Part shown: one piece after another, positions 17,887-32,507 of the stretch
How positions within the stretch are numbered: position 1 is the stretch's first letter
Layout of the letters: every line of letters begins with the position of its first letter
NCBI RefSeq assembly: GCF_009914755.1
Contig: NC_060936.1
DNA length: 64,000 bases
Origin: the human T2T-CHM13v2.0 reference genome, Homo sapiens
Strand: one strand, 5' to 3'
The notes under the pieces: generated by a model
What the model was told of the DNA's origin: nothing
Seen by the model: the letters and a program-made list of their open reading frames with translations, nothing else
Database searches by the model: none
Position numbers and translations under genes: made by a program

Positions 17887-17973
17887 TCATGTATGATTGA
17901 AGATTTATCTTTTGCTGATTTTATTTTAACAGAAATAATCCTCATAAAGAATGAAGAGGCAGCCAAAAAGAGC
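17887..17973 (-). other. Candidate 87-nt exon, coding status unknown
   Basis: Minus-strand acceptor ttctcctttaag|G and donor TGA|gtaagt in non-repeat DNA; one open frame (LFLAASSFFMRIISVKIKSAKDKSSIIH). Confidence 0.3.
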
Positions 17974-18407
17974 CTTAAAGGAGAATTTCAAAATAGATAT
18001 CTTGGTAGCAGGAAGGAAAATATAATTTATGGGTAAACATCTTTTGAACATTTCTATATAATCAAACTTTAGTAGGAAAAGCAATGTCCAATAATAACTG
18101 AATTGACTATTGAACATTATTTCTCTAAATGCAAAATAAATATAGAAGTATTCTTTCTCCATCATAGAAACTGACTTAGCTTTTCTATTTTTATTCATAT
18201 ATTTATATTCACCTCCCATTATTTTGTTCTACAAAGAAGTTGAGGCACATGATGAAGCTGCTGTATATGATATGATTACAAAAACTAAGGTACTTCAGGA
18301 ACTATCATTGATAAAGTTTATGATTATTAAACAAAATAAATCTAGCAATGTTGAGCATATCAAAGTTAAATTAAGTTCAAGTTATACTCTTATGCCTGAG
18401 AATACAA

Positions 18408-18475
18408 TGGATAAAGACCAGTATCTCAGGTTCTAGTTCTTAAGTTAGAGAACATAAGATACTGGTCTTTATCCA
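18408..18475. repeat. 68-bp quasi-palindrome with 19-bp perfect outer arms
   Basis: TGGATAAAGACCAGTATCT ... AGATACTGGTCTTTATCCA, symmetric about a central CTTAAG. Confidence 0.95.
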
Positions 18476-19849
18476 GCCAAAAGATATAATTAACTCTTAG
18501 CATATATACTTTTCAGTCATTAAGTTCATGAAAAAGACTTCATTTGATTTTAAAACTTCATAATTAGATTAACTCTATCATCAGATATGTCTTTGATTAT
18601 TCTCATTTACATGAATTTGCTCTCACCTATCATGGTATAGATTTATCCTATGTGCTACTTTATCCTTTGTGCTCTGTTGAGGTTTCACAAATCAGTTCAT
18701 ATCACCTAAATTGATCAATCTGAATTTGATTATAGACCTAAGGTAAGGCAACACACCTATAGAATACTGTTTTAATCCATACGGCCATACATTTATTGTA
18801 GCAGCTATTTAGTTTATACTAATGAAAAACCTCTAAGCCTAATAAATTATAAATATCTTAAATTTGGGCACTTGAAACAGAATGAGAATCTTAATTTAAC
18901 CTCATTTTGTGTTCATACAAAGACTAAAGAGCTAAAAATTGGTCTAAAAATTTGGCATCCATTATTCATATCCAGTTAGTGTTCTGCTATTATTGTGCCC
19001 AGAAGAAAGTGATTAATGCATGGGAAGCACCAAGGTCAAATTTATTTTGGGTACAACATAATGTACCTCTATATTTCAGACTGCTGTCATGGCATGAATT
19101 CTTAATATCCTCATAACATTAACTTCATGTTCAATCACAATTTAGAAAGTATTAATGTTTCTACCATGTTAAGATATAGAAACAATTGGAGATATAGAAC
19201 AAAAAAAAAGCTATCAACTAGTTATATTTCAAATAGTGTATTTTTTTGAAAGTGATTATACCATACATCAGTTTTTAAAATATTTCAGGTACATAATAGC
19301 TTTTTCCTGTCCCAGAAGCCCAGCCTATGGAAAAGAAAAAACACTGTCACTTCCACTTCTAATCTCACTCTATTTTCAAATAACCTTAGCATAACACAGC
19401 TTTAGCTCATTAACAATAGATATCCATCACTTTTCAAATTAGATATGCTTCTTTGAATTTAGCTGCAATGCGAATTTATACAGATTTAAGTCCGATATTT
19501 TTCAGTGACCTCCCAAATATAATAGAAAATGTGATATCATTGAAAAGTTCCTTCTGTAAACTCTGGTCACAAAGCATGTTAAAGATGCAGTGAGAACATG
19601 GCCACCAGAGGCTCCCTTGCCATGGAGCACTGCGTGTTTCCAAAGACCCTCACCTCTCGCTGCTCAGGGAGAAGCCCCTGGGCCTTATGCCCCTCAGGGT
19701 GAGAGCTGCAGGTCCTGACACTCACCAGTCCAGATAGGGCTGCAGGGAGGCCTGGGATAGAGACAGTTTCCCCAGTCAGAAAACTTAGCTTTGGTCCAGA
19801 GCCCACTCAAAACTCCCTCAATAGACTCAGGCAGGCTAATGATCAAGGG

Positions 19850-20165
19850 CATGATTCTTAAATCTAAAATCCTGAAATTCAAAAAGTTCTAAAGCTCCAA
19901 ACTCTTTTGGCAGCGAAGCTGAAATGACCTGAGTCATTTGGCTGCAAAACCTGACCTGCATTCGCGTAAGGCTATTTACAGACATTTTTTATCTCACGTT
20001 AGGTGAACGTTATTGTTTTTCTGCCAAAATATGAATCTGTTTGATTACAGGGAGCCCCAGGCCTTGCTGGGACTGTTTATATAGTACGTGATATTTGCAC
20101 TGTATTGTCTTCTAAATTCTGGTACCCAAAATATATGTGGCACCAAGGCATTTGGATAATAGGAA
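19850..20165 (-). mobile_element. MER46C (Tigger-family non-autonomous DNA transposon)
   Basis: CATTTGGCTGCAAAACCTGACCTG...GCTATTTA...TTTGATTACAGGGAGCCCCAG match MER46C as recalled. Confidence 0.7.
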
Positions 20166-23100
20166 AATAATGTCTTATGAAATTATATGGAAATGAATTT
20201 AAATATTGCAATCTACTGCTACGTACTAATTATATGACTTTGGACAAATTATCTAATGTCCTTAACCTTGTTCTTATCTTTAAAAAGTGAAGAAATCAAA
20301 TCACGCTCAAATGCTTTGATGGTATTTGCCTAACTCGGGAATCACTTTTCCAACACTATCTTTTCCTAAAAAATCACTTCCCCCTCCCTCCATCTGCCCT
20401 CACTAAATATCAGAACTCAGTGGCTTATGGCTAGATCCCCACATGCACGTGTTCCAAATGTTGCTCAAGTCCTTTTGTCTAGATATTTACAATGTCTAAT
20501 AGAGCTAAACCACAACAGCATATTTATCTATGTATTACCACAATCTAGATGTGTGTTCCTCAAGACAAGAATCATGGTGTTTCGCACCTGCACATGTTGT
20601 TGGGGGGAAAAGACTATAGTCTCAGAATCTGAAATATGACTATCCCAGATAAAAAACAGATGGCAGAGAATAAGAAGGGAAGTTCATATCCACCAGAGGC
20701 TGGAGACCACCTCAGCCCAATTTCTAAATCCACTAGATTTACAAACTTTTCTCTACAGTGAGCTCAGTCTAAAACCACCCCACTCCCGCTGTCTTGATGT
20801 TAACCAGCAAGGGGCTCTGTGAAACTTACATAGGGGAAAGAACCCTATGCTACTGGGCAGAAGAGAAAAGGTAGTTCCCAGTTAGGAAATATCAAGAAGA
20901 GGTTGCCATAATTGTCCAAGAAAATGGTGAACACCCATAGAAGTTCAGTTTTCATCCAGGATAGCCAAACACTATGACCTTTTCTGGTTTTTGATATTTT
21001 AACCAGCTCTATGAGCTATGAAGACTCAGTTCATAGAAAGATGGACTCACAGAAAAATGTCCAATAAATTTTTCTCTGATACTAAATGTAACATGTTCAG
21101 TAGTGAAAGGCGTAGCATATAATATCTGAGTGTCTGGAGAGACCTGAGAAATTATCTAATATCATTTAACAAATAAAAAACTGAAGCTCAAAGAAGACTA
21201 GTAACTTGATTAAAACTGACAGAGCTGGTAAAAAAAGAGCCGGAAGGATTCAAATTCTTCTGTTCATTAAAAGAAAATAATAAATAAATGACAGGCTATG
21301 ATTCCACTGAAAAATATTTGTATTAAAAATAAGTATCCTTGGACACAGAGTAGTGGTATTGTGTGGGCAATGGAGTTGGAGACCTAGCGTTAGAAGTGGT
21401 TCTTCCAGGAACTTAGGCAAAGCAAAAATCTAAGGCCATGCCAGTTGTGAGGTGTTCGGATGCCATAGTTCTTTCCCAGTAACATCAAAGTAATATAATC
21501 TCCAAAGATAAGAACCAAAGAAGACATCTGACATAAGAATCTGATCCAATGGCTTTAAACATTAAATTGAATATTAAATAGAAGAGATTTTAGCCTGATG
21601 CTAAGATTTGAATGTATGGTGTATTTAAACCTATGGCTGAGTATATTTTTAAATTATAAAAAAATGATATTTTCTCTGCTGGGAAATTATTAGGAATTCT
21701 AATTTTATGCATACTGCAAGTCTTCAACTATTTATGACTGTTCAAAAGAAACCATGCTGAGCTTCTCTGTCAATGACTTCTAATCAGAGAAGCCTTCTAT
21801 AAGCTTAGCATAAATAGGTGATGAGAGCAATGAAAGGGCATCACCGTTTGTCGCAACACTTGACATTTAATATTACTGTCACAGATGCAGGCCTCCTGGG
21901 AGAGGAAAGGAGAAGTTATTAAGACGAGGGACTTAAGAATACTTTATAAAATCCTACCCTCTTGATTTTATTTGATTTTTTTTTTAATATTGAACTCACC
22001 CTGTTTGGAGAACCCCTCCTCCTTTTTTCTTGCTTATGTCAATTTCATTCTTTCAACTTTTCCCATTGGCTTGTGCTTCCTTCTGTTAAATTGACATGCC
22101 ATGAATCTTTTAGATATCAATTCTCAGTAGAAATCGTCCAATGTTATTGAAAACTGTGTGCTTGCTTATTTGAACTTTATTATTTTTTCCCTCTACATAC
22201 CATTTACTTCAAACCATGTAATAGACTTTAAAACATGTGTTCACATTATCTTTGGGGGAAGTGCTCTTACCCCATGGGACAGTATAACAGCAAGCTTTGC
22301 TCAAAGATTCTTATAAAACATTAGGGGGTGATTATGTGAATTACCAAGGACTTTGTAAAAGCTACACCCCTGGTGCATTTAAGTGTTTATTTACTGAACT
22401 CTCTTATGAGGAAAGTGGCTTAAGTAGCCACTGCCAAATGGCGGCCAATCATAAGAGAAAAGACATCTAGGACAATACAGAGTGATCAGCAGGAAAATGG
22501 CATTGCATTGCAGTTAGTATGCAACGCATCATTTAGGCAAAGCAGAATATTTCTAGAGATACCGTAGTCCAGTTCACCTTAAATAGGAAAAGTACTAACT
22601 ATAGGTGTAAAATGATCCTGCTACTTCTGGTTAATTCAGTACCACATGAAGTATAGTTTAATTGTTGCCAAGAATCAGAAAAAGAGCCTTTAAAAAACCA
22701 ATTGGACACTATAGTATATCTTATACATTAAACTTATAGTTCCTTTCCATACTGTTAATGATCCAACCCATCTTAAGCCCTATTGAGGCAACTGAAATAG
22801 ACATTACTCTGTTAAGTGAGCAATGATTATGACTGCTTTTAATAATGTATTATTCATATCTTACAGAAACAAAGACTTCTTATATGCAGTGGATTTTTTA
22901 ATCTCAAGGATGACAATATTTATCATAAAAAGTATGTTAAATAACACATGTATGACATGAATATGTTATATTCTGAATTTGAGGAAAAACTATCCCTATA
23001 AACAGGAATTTGCCCTTTCATGTTAATAATCATTTAGCTGGGTGAGCAGCTTAGACTAGCATGGGTGATTCAGAGGGGCATTGAGGAGATCATGCTGAGC

Positions 23101-23265
23101 TTGGAATTGCAGTTTATGAGAGAAAGCATGGTTCAAGAATGGACGATCCAGGCAGAGACCAATATCACATAACATTTCATGAATTTACTAAATGAGAACA
23201 TATAAACAGCTCACTCACAAAGTTGAATATTAGTTTTGAACCCAGACACAATGCATACTTACTAC

Positions 23266-23569
23266 TTTTTTTTTTTTTTTTTTTGAGACAGAGTCTCGCT
23301 CTGTCACCCAGGATGGAGTGCAGTGGCGCCATCTCGGCTCACTGCAAGCTCTGCCTCTTGGGTTCACACCATTCTCCTGCCTAGCCTCCTGAGTAGCTGG
23401 GACTACAGGTGCCCGCCACCACGCCCGGCTAATTTTTTGTGGTTTTTTTTTAGTAGCGACGGGGTTTCACTGTGTTGGCCAGGATGGTCTCAATCTCCTG
23501 ACCTCGTGATCCACCTGCCTCGGCCTCCCAAAGTGCAGAGATTACAGGCGTGAGCCACTGCGCCCGGCC
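23266..23569 (-). mobile_element. AluY-like
   Basis: GCAAGCTCTGCCTC...GTTCACACCATTCTC; TSD ATACTTACTAC at 23255-23265 and 23570-23580. Confidence 0.95.
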
Positions 23570-23601
23570 ATACTTACTACATTTTAGAGAGTAGAATTAT
23601 T

Positions 23602-23897
<296 letters not shown>

Positions 23898-24732
23898 GAA
23901 ATTAGAATTATTTTTGGCACAAGAAAGAGAGAAAGATCAGACACGCTTGGACTGGTTCAAATTTGTATTTCTGCTTTACTGACTGGCTCTGTGGAGACGC
24001 GGTGGCTGCTCTCGGTCTTTCAACTGGTCCACGTAGCCTTTACATGGATACAGACTACTGATTCCATAAATAGAGAAATTTCCAGATGGTCCCACCTCAG
24101 GGGGAGTCATTTGACTCATGACTGGCACACAACACTGAAAATGCTGGAAAGATGGCAAATATTAGTAACTGATAATACTAGAGGAGTGAGTGGGAACATA
24201 TAGGACCCAGCATTTACATTTATTTCAGGAATCAAAAACACCAGACTCTTTATGTCCCTGGTAGACTCTTTCCCTCCCCTAGAAAGCTAGTATAGCAGGG
24301 TATGAAGTAGCAAGAATTTGCATATGGAATTCATGATTAACATTAAAATGAGAAGAAATGTTCCATTTTGTGTTTCTGTTGGAGGGACTGCTGCAGTGGG
24401 CCAGCTATCAAGCAGCATTAGAATTGATTGGATCAGTCCCAGTGAATGTGATTTTTATCCATCAATTATTCAAAAATTCTGAGTTTCATCATCAAACTGA
24501 GAGGCCGCATAAATCTCAGACTTATGAAGCTCATCAGGTAGCAGGTGATGCTAGAGGCCTTTTGGGAACAGGACTAAATAATCAAGTTCAGACCTGAGTC
24601 ACTAAGATGGGCTTGAGAAAAGATGATGAACTGAGAAAATTAGAGCAGTGAGAGGACCATATGGGGACATTTGGATAGATAAGACAGTGTTTTTGCAGCT
24701 GCCGTGAGTGCATAACATTTAGGCAACAGAGA

Positions 24733-25658
24733 TGCATTAGTTATCCATTGTCATAGTAATGCTGCATAACAATTTACCCCAAAACTCATGGCTCAAAACA
24801 ATAGGCATTTATTGAGCTTACACGTCTGTGGGTTATCAATTTAGACTGAGGTTGGCATGACAGTTCCAGCCTTAGCTGGGCGCACTCACGTGTCTGGCCA
24901 TCAGCTGCGAATCAGCTGATCTTGGATAGCCTCCGTGGGAGCTGGAGCAATTCAGAACTGGGTCTCTTCTCCAGCAAGTCAGGCTTTTTCATAACAAAGA
25001 GAAGCAAGAGATATAGCAAAAACACAAATGTACTTTTTAAAGCCTCTATTGCGTCATATCTGCTAACATCTCGTTGTTCAAAGCAAGTCCCAGGGACAAA
25101 CCAGAATTAAGAGAGGTAAAAATAGACTCGTTCTTGTTAGCAAGAGAAAATATAAAGTCAAAGGCAGAGGGTACTCTGTTAAATATCTACTGCTCCATTA
25201 AAAATTTACCCCAAAACTTAGTAACATAACACAACTGCCATTTAATTTGCTTACTATTCAGAGTTACTCTTCTGGAGGCTCAACCAACAACGTAGCTGAG
25301 ATTAGATAATGTAAGATGTCCTGACACATGTGTCTGAGTTGGTGCTTGCTATCAGCTGGATCGTGTATCATCGACAGAGTAACCCAGGATTTCTCATGAT
25401 GGCTGGTTTACAAAAGTGACAAGAGAGGGCATATTCTATTGCACAAGTGCTTTGTGGTCATGATTGCTAAAGTCCCATCAGCCAAAGCAAGTTGTGTGGT
25501 CAAAGAAAAATCACAGAACCAAGCCCAGGATCAGTTTAGGAGGGTGTGCATACAGAGAAATATGATTATTAGGGACTATTAATGTAACAAGCTACTACAG
25601 GTGTGGATGCAGGGAGCGGATCAATGTAATGACATCATCAATGTCATCAATCTACCAT
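24733..25658 (-). mobile_element. Two nested MLT1H-type LTRs (inner copy ~25175-25599)
   Basis: Two TACCCCAAAACT starts and two CAAAGCAAGT motifs; the outer element resumes GGTGTGGATGCAGGGAG...AATCTACCATA after the inner one. Confidence 0.65.
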
Positions 25659-26497
25659 AAGAGAGATATTGAAGGAGAAATGTAAGGGGACTTTCAGAGC
25701 ATCGGCACTAAATTTCCCTTGGAATTTTCAAGAATTGTAATAGAAAAGCTTTTTTTTGAAGGAGCTTTGGTGAGTTCTGCAGTATAACATGCTTTACTTT
25801 CCCCTCAGTGTATATATTTTCCATTAACAATAGTAAAGATTTGAAATGCTTCAAATTAATCCAATTAGAAATAAATCCCTAGCTACAGAAAATATTTCTT
25901 GAACTGCAATTCACACAGGACTGAGCTATGAGCACCTTGGCTTTATATAGGATACATAATGGTAACTTAGGCAATATATGCCAAAATTATCAGAAAGTGC
26001 AATAAATTTTGGTTTTGAAAAAATACGGTTGCAAAAATGTAAAAACTTCATATCTTCATGAGAAATAAAAGGGAAAATATAACTAAATACCTTTTAGGCA
26101 GGCTGCTAGATTCACAGTGAATCCCCCTCATCTGGGTAAACCCTCCCTAGGTAGAATGGGTTCTTTGAGGCCATATCTCTGAAACATGATTCTACCTCAA
26201 TGACTATATTGACTGATTGAGGGAAGATGCCTGGCCTAAACTGAGTCAATCACCTTTTCTATCGTAAGAATTCAAAATTGGAGAGTGAGAAATTCAAAAC
26301 AAGATTAGCAGTTATTGAAGAGGAATCAAATTAACAGCAACACTTATTCATCTGAAATCTCTAGAGTCAGTCTGCTTCCTGCCTTTCTAGATGTTCAACA
26401 CATGTTTAGATTCCATGCCTTATGCCAGAATTCTTCCAATAAGCTTCCCTTTACAGTTTTTTTTTTTAACTTAAGCCAATTCGTTTTGTTTTCTATA

Positions 26498-28231
26498 TGT
26501 AGTGGATGCTGTAGTGTGCCACTCAGAATACTTTCAGGACTGAGATACTCATTCCTCTAGTAGCCAGGAGCAAAACTACATGCCCTCCAAAAGTTACCCT
26601 TGGATGAATGGAGCTGCCTTGACCCTTCCCTAGGGGAAGCCCCTGAATGTCAGCATTTCTAGAAAAGACTCAATCAACTACTTGGCAGCAATTTGACTTC
26701 ATTGGACCCCTTCAACTTTCAAAGAGGTGGTAGCCCTTCTTGACTAAGACCAAAACACATTCCAAATATGGACTGTCTTTCCTGCCCACCAGGTCTTGGC
26801 CGGTACCCGTCTACAAGAACTTAAATAGTATTTGACCCACTGACATAAGAATCCACCTTAACACTGCATTGGATGAAGAGACTCATTTTAGAGCAGAGTG
26901 GGTATAGCATTGAGCATATGACCATGGGAATAATTGTCCCCCATTACAAAGCACACCACCAGAAATGTTCAGGCTGAAAGTGCAATGGGACAGTCTTTGA
27001 AGGCATAGGTAAGACATCACCTTGAAGATGCCTGTGAGGATGAGGCACCATCATTGAGGACACAGCATGTGCCCTAAAGCAATGACTATTTCATGGTCAT
27101 GAGTCCCCAGCTACTTAAAACACATGAACCCTAGAAGTAAAGTGTGGCAGTAGGAGTGGCCCTACTTACGTCACTCCCATGACCCACTTAGAGAATTTGT
27201 GTGTCTCATCCCTACAGATTTGGACTGTGCCAGTGTAGAAGTTCTGGTTCCAAGAGGATGAATGTTTTCACAGGGGAATACAGTAAATTATGCCTCTTAC
27301 CGGTCACTTCAGGATCCATGTGCCAAGTAATCAGAACCAAGGAAAGGGTCACAGTGACAGGTGTAATTGATCCTGAACATCACAAAGAAGTAACTGCTCA
27401 TGTCAGCAGGAGGAAGACATTTGGTTCTGGACTTTGACTTGGGACTCCCCTTGCCAAATGTTGATGGTAAATGGACAAAAGCAACAGCCACATCCTAAGA
27501 AAAGCGTGATGACCAGGAACTCAAATCTCTAAGAAAGAAGAGTCTAGGCTGTCCACAAGTAAGCCACCAGACCAGCAGAAGTACTAGCTGAGAGTTAAAA
27601 CATCTAGAATGGATAACAGAGGAGGGAGAAGGTGAGTATTGATTGCAGCCCTGAGGCTAGCAGCAGCAGCAGTGGGGGTTGTGGTTTCTTCCAACTAAGT
27701 TTATCCTGTAAGTTTTCCCTGGAAATAACTTTAAAACACACACACACACACACAATCCTGGAGAATCTATTTCTAAACAGGAGAAATATACTTTGAGAGG
27801 CAAGTGGATCCAAGCAGCATAAGGGGTGGAGAGTAGAGGATGTAGTGGCGCACTGCTCAGATATCCCCTTTGGGACTGAGGCACTCATTTCCACCGCTGC
27901 CAAGAATGTTGACTACTGACACTTCAAAGCTTTATCTCTCTCTGGGAACTATCCTCAGTCAAGGGGAGACACCTAATGCAAGTTCATTCCCCCTTCCCTG
28001 GAGCAGGCCACATCCAATGGCTGCCCAATGCAGGGGTATAAAAGTCCAGACCCTTGCCTCATTTTGGAACAACTTTGAATGGCCATCCCAGACCACAGCT
28101 CCCTGAGGAATTGATTGCCTGTGGCCTTGTGGCAACTACATCACAGATCATCTTTTCCTTCTGCCTGTTCCTGCCTCCCTTCGTCCTTTCAGTGCTGTTC
28201 TGAGCCTTTTTCCAGGAACTCAACCTAAGGC
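26498..28231 (+). mobile_element. Internally deleted ERVL provirus (ERV3-16A3-like) with LTR16-type LTRs
   Basis: Similar LTR starts at 26498 and ~27832 (GCTCAGA...GGACTGAG..ACTCATT), polypurine tract AAGGGGTGGAG before the 3' LTR, decayed integrase-like segment ~26870-27090. Confidence 0.65.
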
Positions 28232-30342
28232 ACCCTAACCGCTGTCAAAATGAATATAGCAGCTTCTTTTGGAGGAATATGTTATAAAACATGAGGGAGT
28301 ACAGAGAGAGATAGATGCTCACTAAGAATCCTGTGAGCTAGACACTGTAATTATCTATAGTTTACAGATGATACAGATGGAGACATGGAAGCTTAGAACT
28401 TAAGAGATTTCTCTAAAGTCACTGATCATGACCAGGTCTGTCTGACAGAAGAACTTGTACTGTTTACTACTACATTATTCATAAATAGTCCATTTTCCTT
28501 TGTATAGCTCTTTACTGGCCTGGAGATGAAAAAATAAAAGTAAACATTTTTGCTCTTTCCTCCCAGAAGCTCTCCATGAGCTGGGCCCATGCTAAAGCCA
28601 AGATAAGATACTGTCTCATAAGAGCAGCAACTTAATCCAGTCTCTAATGCCAAAGTTATGAGTTATGTATCAGGCCCTATGTGAAAACTCTATATAGGAA
28701 GTAGCAAAAAAATAAAATAATAAAATAAATTTAAAAAATAAAAATAAAAGAAGAAGAAGTATCTAAGTAACTCATTAGCTACATCCTAAATACTGGGCTA
28801 ATGTCTATATATGTGTACTTCCAACACACACCTAAGAAACGGATGGACCATAGTGGCCAGGTAGAATGATGAGTCCTCTGATGCATTATATAAGATTGTC
28901 CTCTTTATTTACAATTTAATTTAATCTGACAGAAAGGAAATGTAGGAAGGAGGGGGAAAGGATGGGGAGGAGAGTAAGAGGAAGGAAGAAAGAGACTGAA
29001 ACGTTAATACCATTTATGTATGGAGGTAGAATTTTAGGATTTTTGTGTACCTTTTCTAAATTTTCTACAATTAACAGTTATATAATCACAATTATAAATT
29101 AGGTATAAAAGCATATGATTTATGATACTGTTCAAAAGGATAGAGGAAATGCTATTTGGAATGTGTATAAAGAAACAAGGCTAGATGGTATTTTGACGTC
29201 CAGGGTACCCTACAATGGAGTATTCAGACACCATTTTGATATTGTCTCTTCCTAAGCAGAGAAAGAACACATTATGGAAGACTAGTTATCATTTCCCATC
29301 CAATTCAGTCTGCTTTGCTTTCGTGAACTGTAGGTCAAATTGTGTATGGATGAATTGGCAGAACTTTATATATTCATGAACACAGATTGAAAGTCAGAAG
29401 AATGGTGAACTCTTCCTCTTATCAGAAATAGTAAATGTGCTCAAAATTTTCAACGAAGATAAAAATTAATAACCAAGTTAATCCTGTTATTCTCTAAGAA
29501 GACAAGATTGGAAAGTCACTTTGTATGAAAGTCTTTATAAAGACTTTACAAAGAAAAAATAATCATTAGTTGCAATTCCCTTACCATTTTCACTATAATC
29601 CCTCTACCAAGTATATTTTACCAAATTCCATGCTCAAAAGGCACATCTATTTGTGGTATTTTATTTTTCCAGCCTGATATTAGAGTAACCTTTTTAAATG
29701 AACTGACTGCTTAATTGCATTATCATGGGATCTGGTAAGTCACAGCCACAGGAAGATAATCTCTGTAAGGAAACAGAGAAACAAAAATTTTTTTTTATTT
29801 TTATATCATCTACAATTTATGCCTCCACAATGTACCCTATAATAAAGTTTTTCATGTAATTCAGAAAAAGAATATTGAAAACAAGCTCCAGCCTGTCAAA
29901 TAAAATTCTAAGTAACAAGCTTGTCTGCCGCTATTCTATTAAAATGTTCTACACTTTGAGATGTCCTTATCTCTGAAGGGCAAATGAACCCAGCAGGTGA
30001 CTGAGTGATTATGACTTCTGATTCAGAGCTCATTTTTTAAAACATGAGCTGTTTAATGCTTGCTGATTGCCATCACTAACATTCCCTTGTTTTCAATACA
30101 GTCTTCTCATTCACCGACTGAAGCCTGCCCTGCATCCAGAGAGCCCACTTAAAGAGACTCTGCAGCTAAGTTTCAATTCCCGGGATGGCAAAAAGACTTA
30201 CTATAAAATTAATTTTCAAAGACATATTTAGAATCCTCTATTTTCCTATTCCAGATGTAAATTTTAAGAGATGGTTTGAAGAAAAGGATCCTTAATAACG
30301 CAGTGAAATGAAAGGAAGTTACTGCCAACAAGAGACTGTAGT

Positions 30343-30413
30343 TCATGTAAAATATGTCCCACATGGGTGTCCAGGGGAAAAGCTATAGCAGTACAAGCAG
30401 TTATTCTCCTCCT
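30343..30413 (-). pseudogene. Candidate exon F (coding part to stop) of the putative adaptor pseudogene
   Basis: Strong acceptor ttgtttggctttgtttttataacttttcag|AG; phase-1 reading EEENNCLYCYSFSPGHPCGTYFT*. Confidence 0.4.
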
Positions 30414-31738
30414 CTGAAAAGTTATAAAAACAAAGCCAAACAAAATAACAACAGCAAAACAGTCCACAAACAAATCAATGTCTCAGCACTGTCTTCTTTA
30501 TTAAAACTTCTGGGATATTCCTGAAATTCTGAATATACTGTCTTGTGGTTATAAAATGGCATCCTGGATTTTATGGGTTTATAGCCTAAATGCAAAAGAT
30601 AGAAACAATAATGTATTATGGTACAGAGTCTCCTACAGTTTTCAAGTATCATGTACATCCTCCGACCTTTATCTGACTAAAGCAACAGCTCTTTGACAAG
30701 AGAAGATGTGACTATCCCACATTCTAATGTCTTGGAGGATGTGAGGGCTAGCCCATCTTTGAAAAGTTATTTTTATAGTAACTAGAAGATGCAGAAACCT
30801 CCAATAAGGCTACAAGGTTGTCTCTCATCCACTGCATCCTCAAGTGCTTTATCACTTGTCATTTTGAAAATGATCATTAATCACAGCACTTTGCACACAA
30901 GCCAACTTGTAACCTATGGGCTTTTTACAAACATAACAAGCTACATCCATAAAATGCAGCTGTTGTGAAGAGAAATGAGACTGTTCATCATAGTATGAGT
31001 TAGCAGTCTAAAACAGGAAGATAAAGATGACTATTACACCCAGTTGAAAATGCTGGCGTTGTTTTCTTCTTCCTAAACTCTATTCGATATCTCAAGTGTA
31101 AGTATCAGGTATACAGCAAATAAACATACAGGGGCCAATATTAAAAATCATGAAGAGATGGATATCAAAAATACAACTGGTATATATAAATTAGCATGTA
31201 TATTATACCAAAAGGCTAAGTTTGTACCTATGCCCATACAAACCAACCTAATCAGTGCTTTTTTAATTTTAGTTGTCAGTTACAGAAAACAACTCATTGC
31301 AACAAATATTGGTTGGATCCTTCTGGACAAACACTCATCTCACCTCACACCAACCTGCAAGTTGGACTTAGTACTTTGAAATATCACAGACATCCAAACA
31401 TAGATCACATAGATCCAGCTATTCAATGTATGATCCACACACAAAAAGATGTGTTATTGAAGTTTTTGTGAGAAGACTGCAAAGAGGATTTATATTTCTT
31501 ACAGTGTAGCTAAACTTCCATTGTCTTTCAAAATATTCTCTCTCGATACAGTCTCTCTTTCTCTCTCCAAGTCCAGCTCTTCCAGTCCCTCCAGTTAAGC
31601 TCTGGGACTTAGACCCGAGCTTCCTTTCTTACACGAAAGGAATTGAGATGTGTAGCTCCCCAGCCTGTATGCTTCACCGATGGGACTAGGTAGCCACCTC
31701 CTTGGAAGGCAGAGAAAACTGAAGGATCAAGTATTTTA

Positions 31739-32029
<291 letters not shown>

Positions 32030-32269
32030 TCATAGTTTTAAGGACATACAAGTATCTCAAGAGCAGGAATGCTAAGTTAGCCTTAAAAATGAACTGGATC
32101 CAAAAATAGGAATGACACCAGAAATACTAGGAAACTTCTTCAGTCTTGTCTTAGCTTCTCTCTTTTCATTTACTCTTTTCTTCTGTCTAGGTTTTCCTCT
32201 CTTCTCCTAATCTTTCTTGTTCTATAAAGAGTGAAGACTTCCAAAGAGAGAAGTCTTTGTTATAGAGAC

Positions 32270-32460
32270 CAGGGGTTTTCAAGTCTATTATACATCAATA
32301 TGTTTTACTAACATAGATTCCTGAGCCTCACTCACAAAGATTATTGTGATTTCATAAGTCTGTTAGGGCTTGAAAATCTGTACTTTTGAAAGCTCCTCAA
32401 TTGGCTTAGGGTAAAGATTAATCTCCTGCAACAAAGAGCTCCTCTCAAAAAAAAAAAAAA

Positions 32461-32507
<47 letters not shown>

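Noticed and set aside
17932-18035. Plus-strand exon reading IILIKNEEAAKKSLKGEFQNRYLG
   Set aside because: Acceptor is present but there is no convincing donor and no partner exons on that strand.
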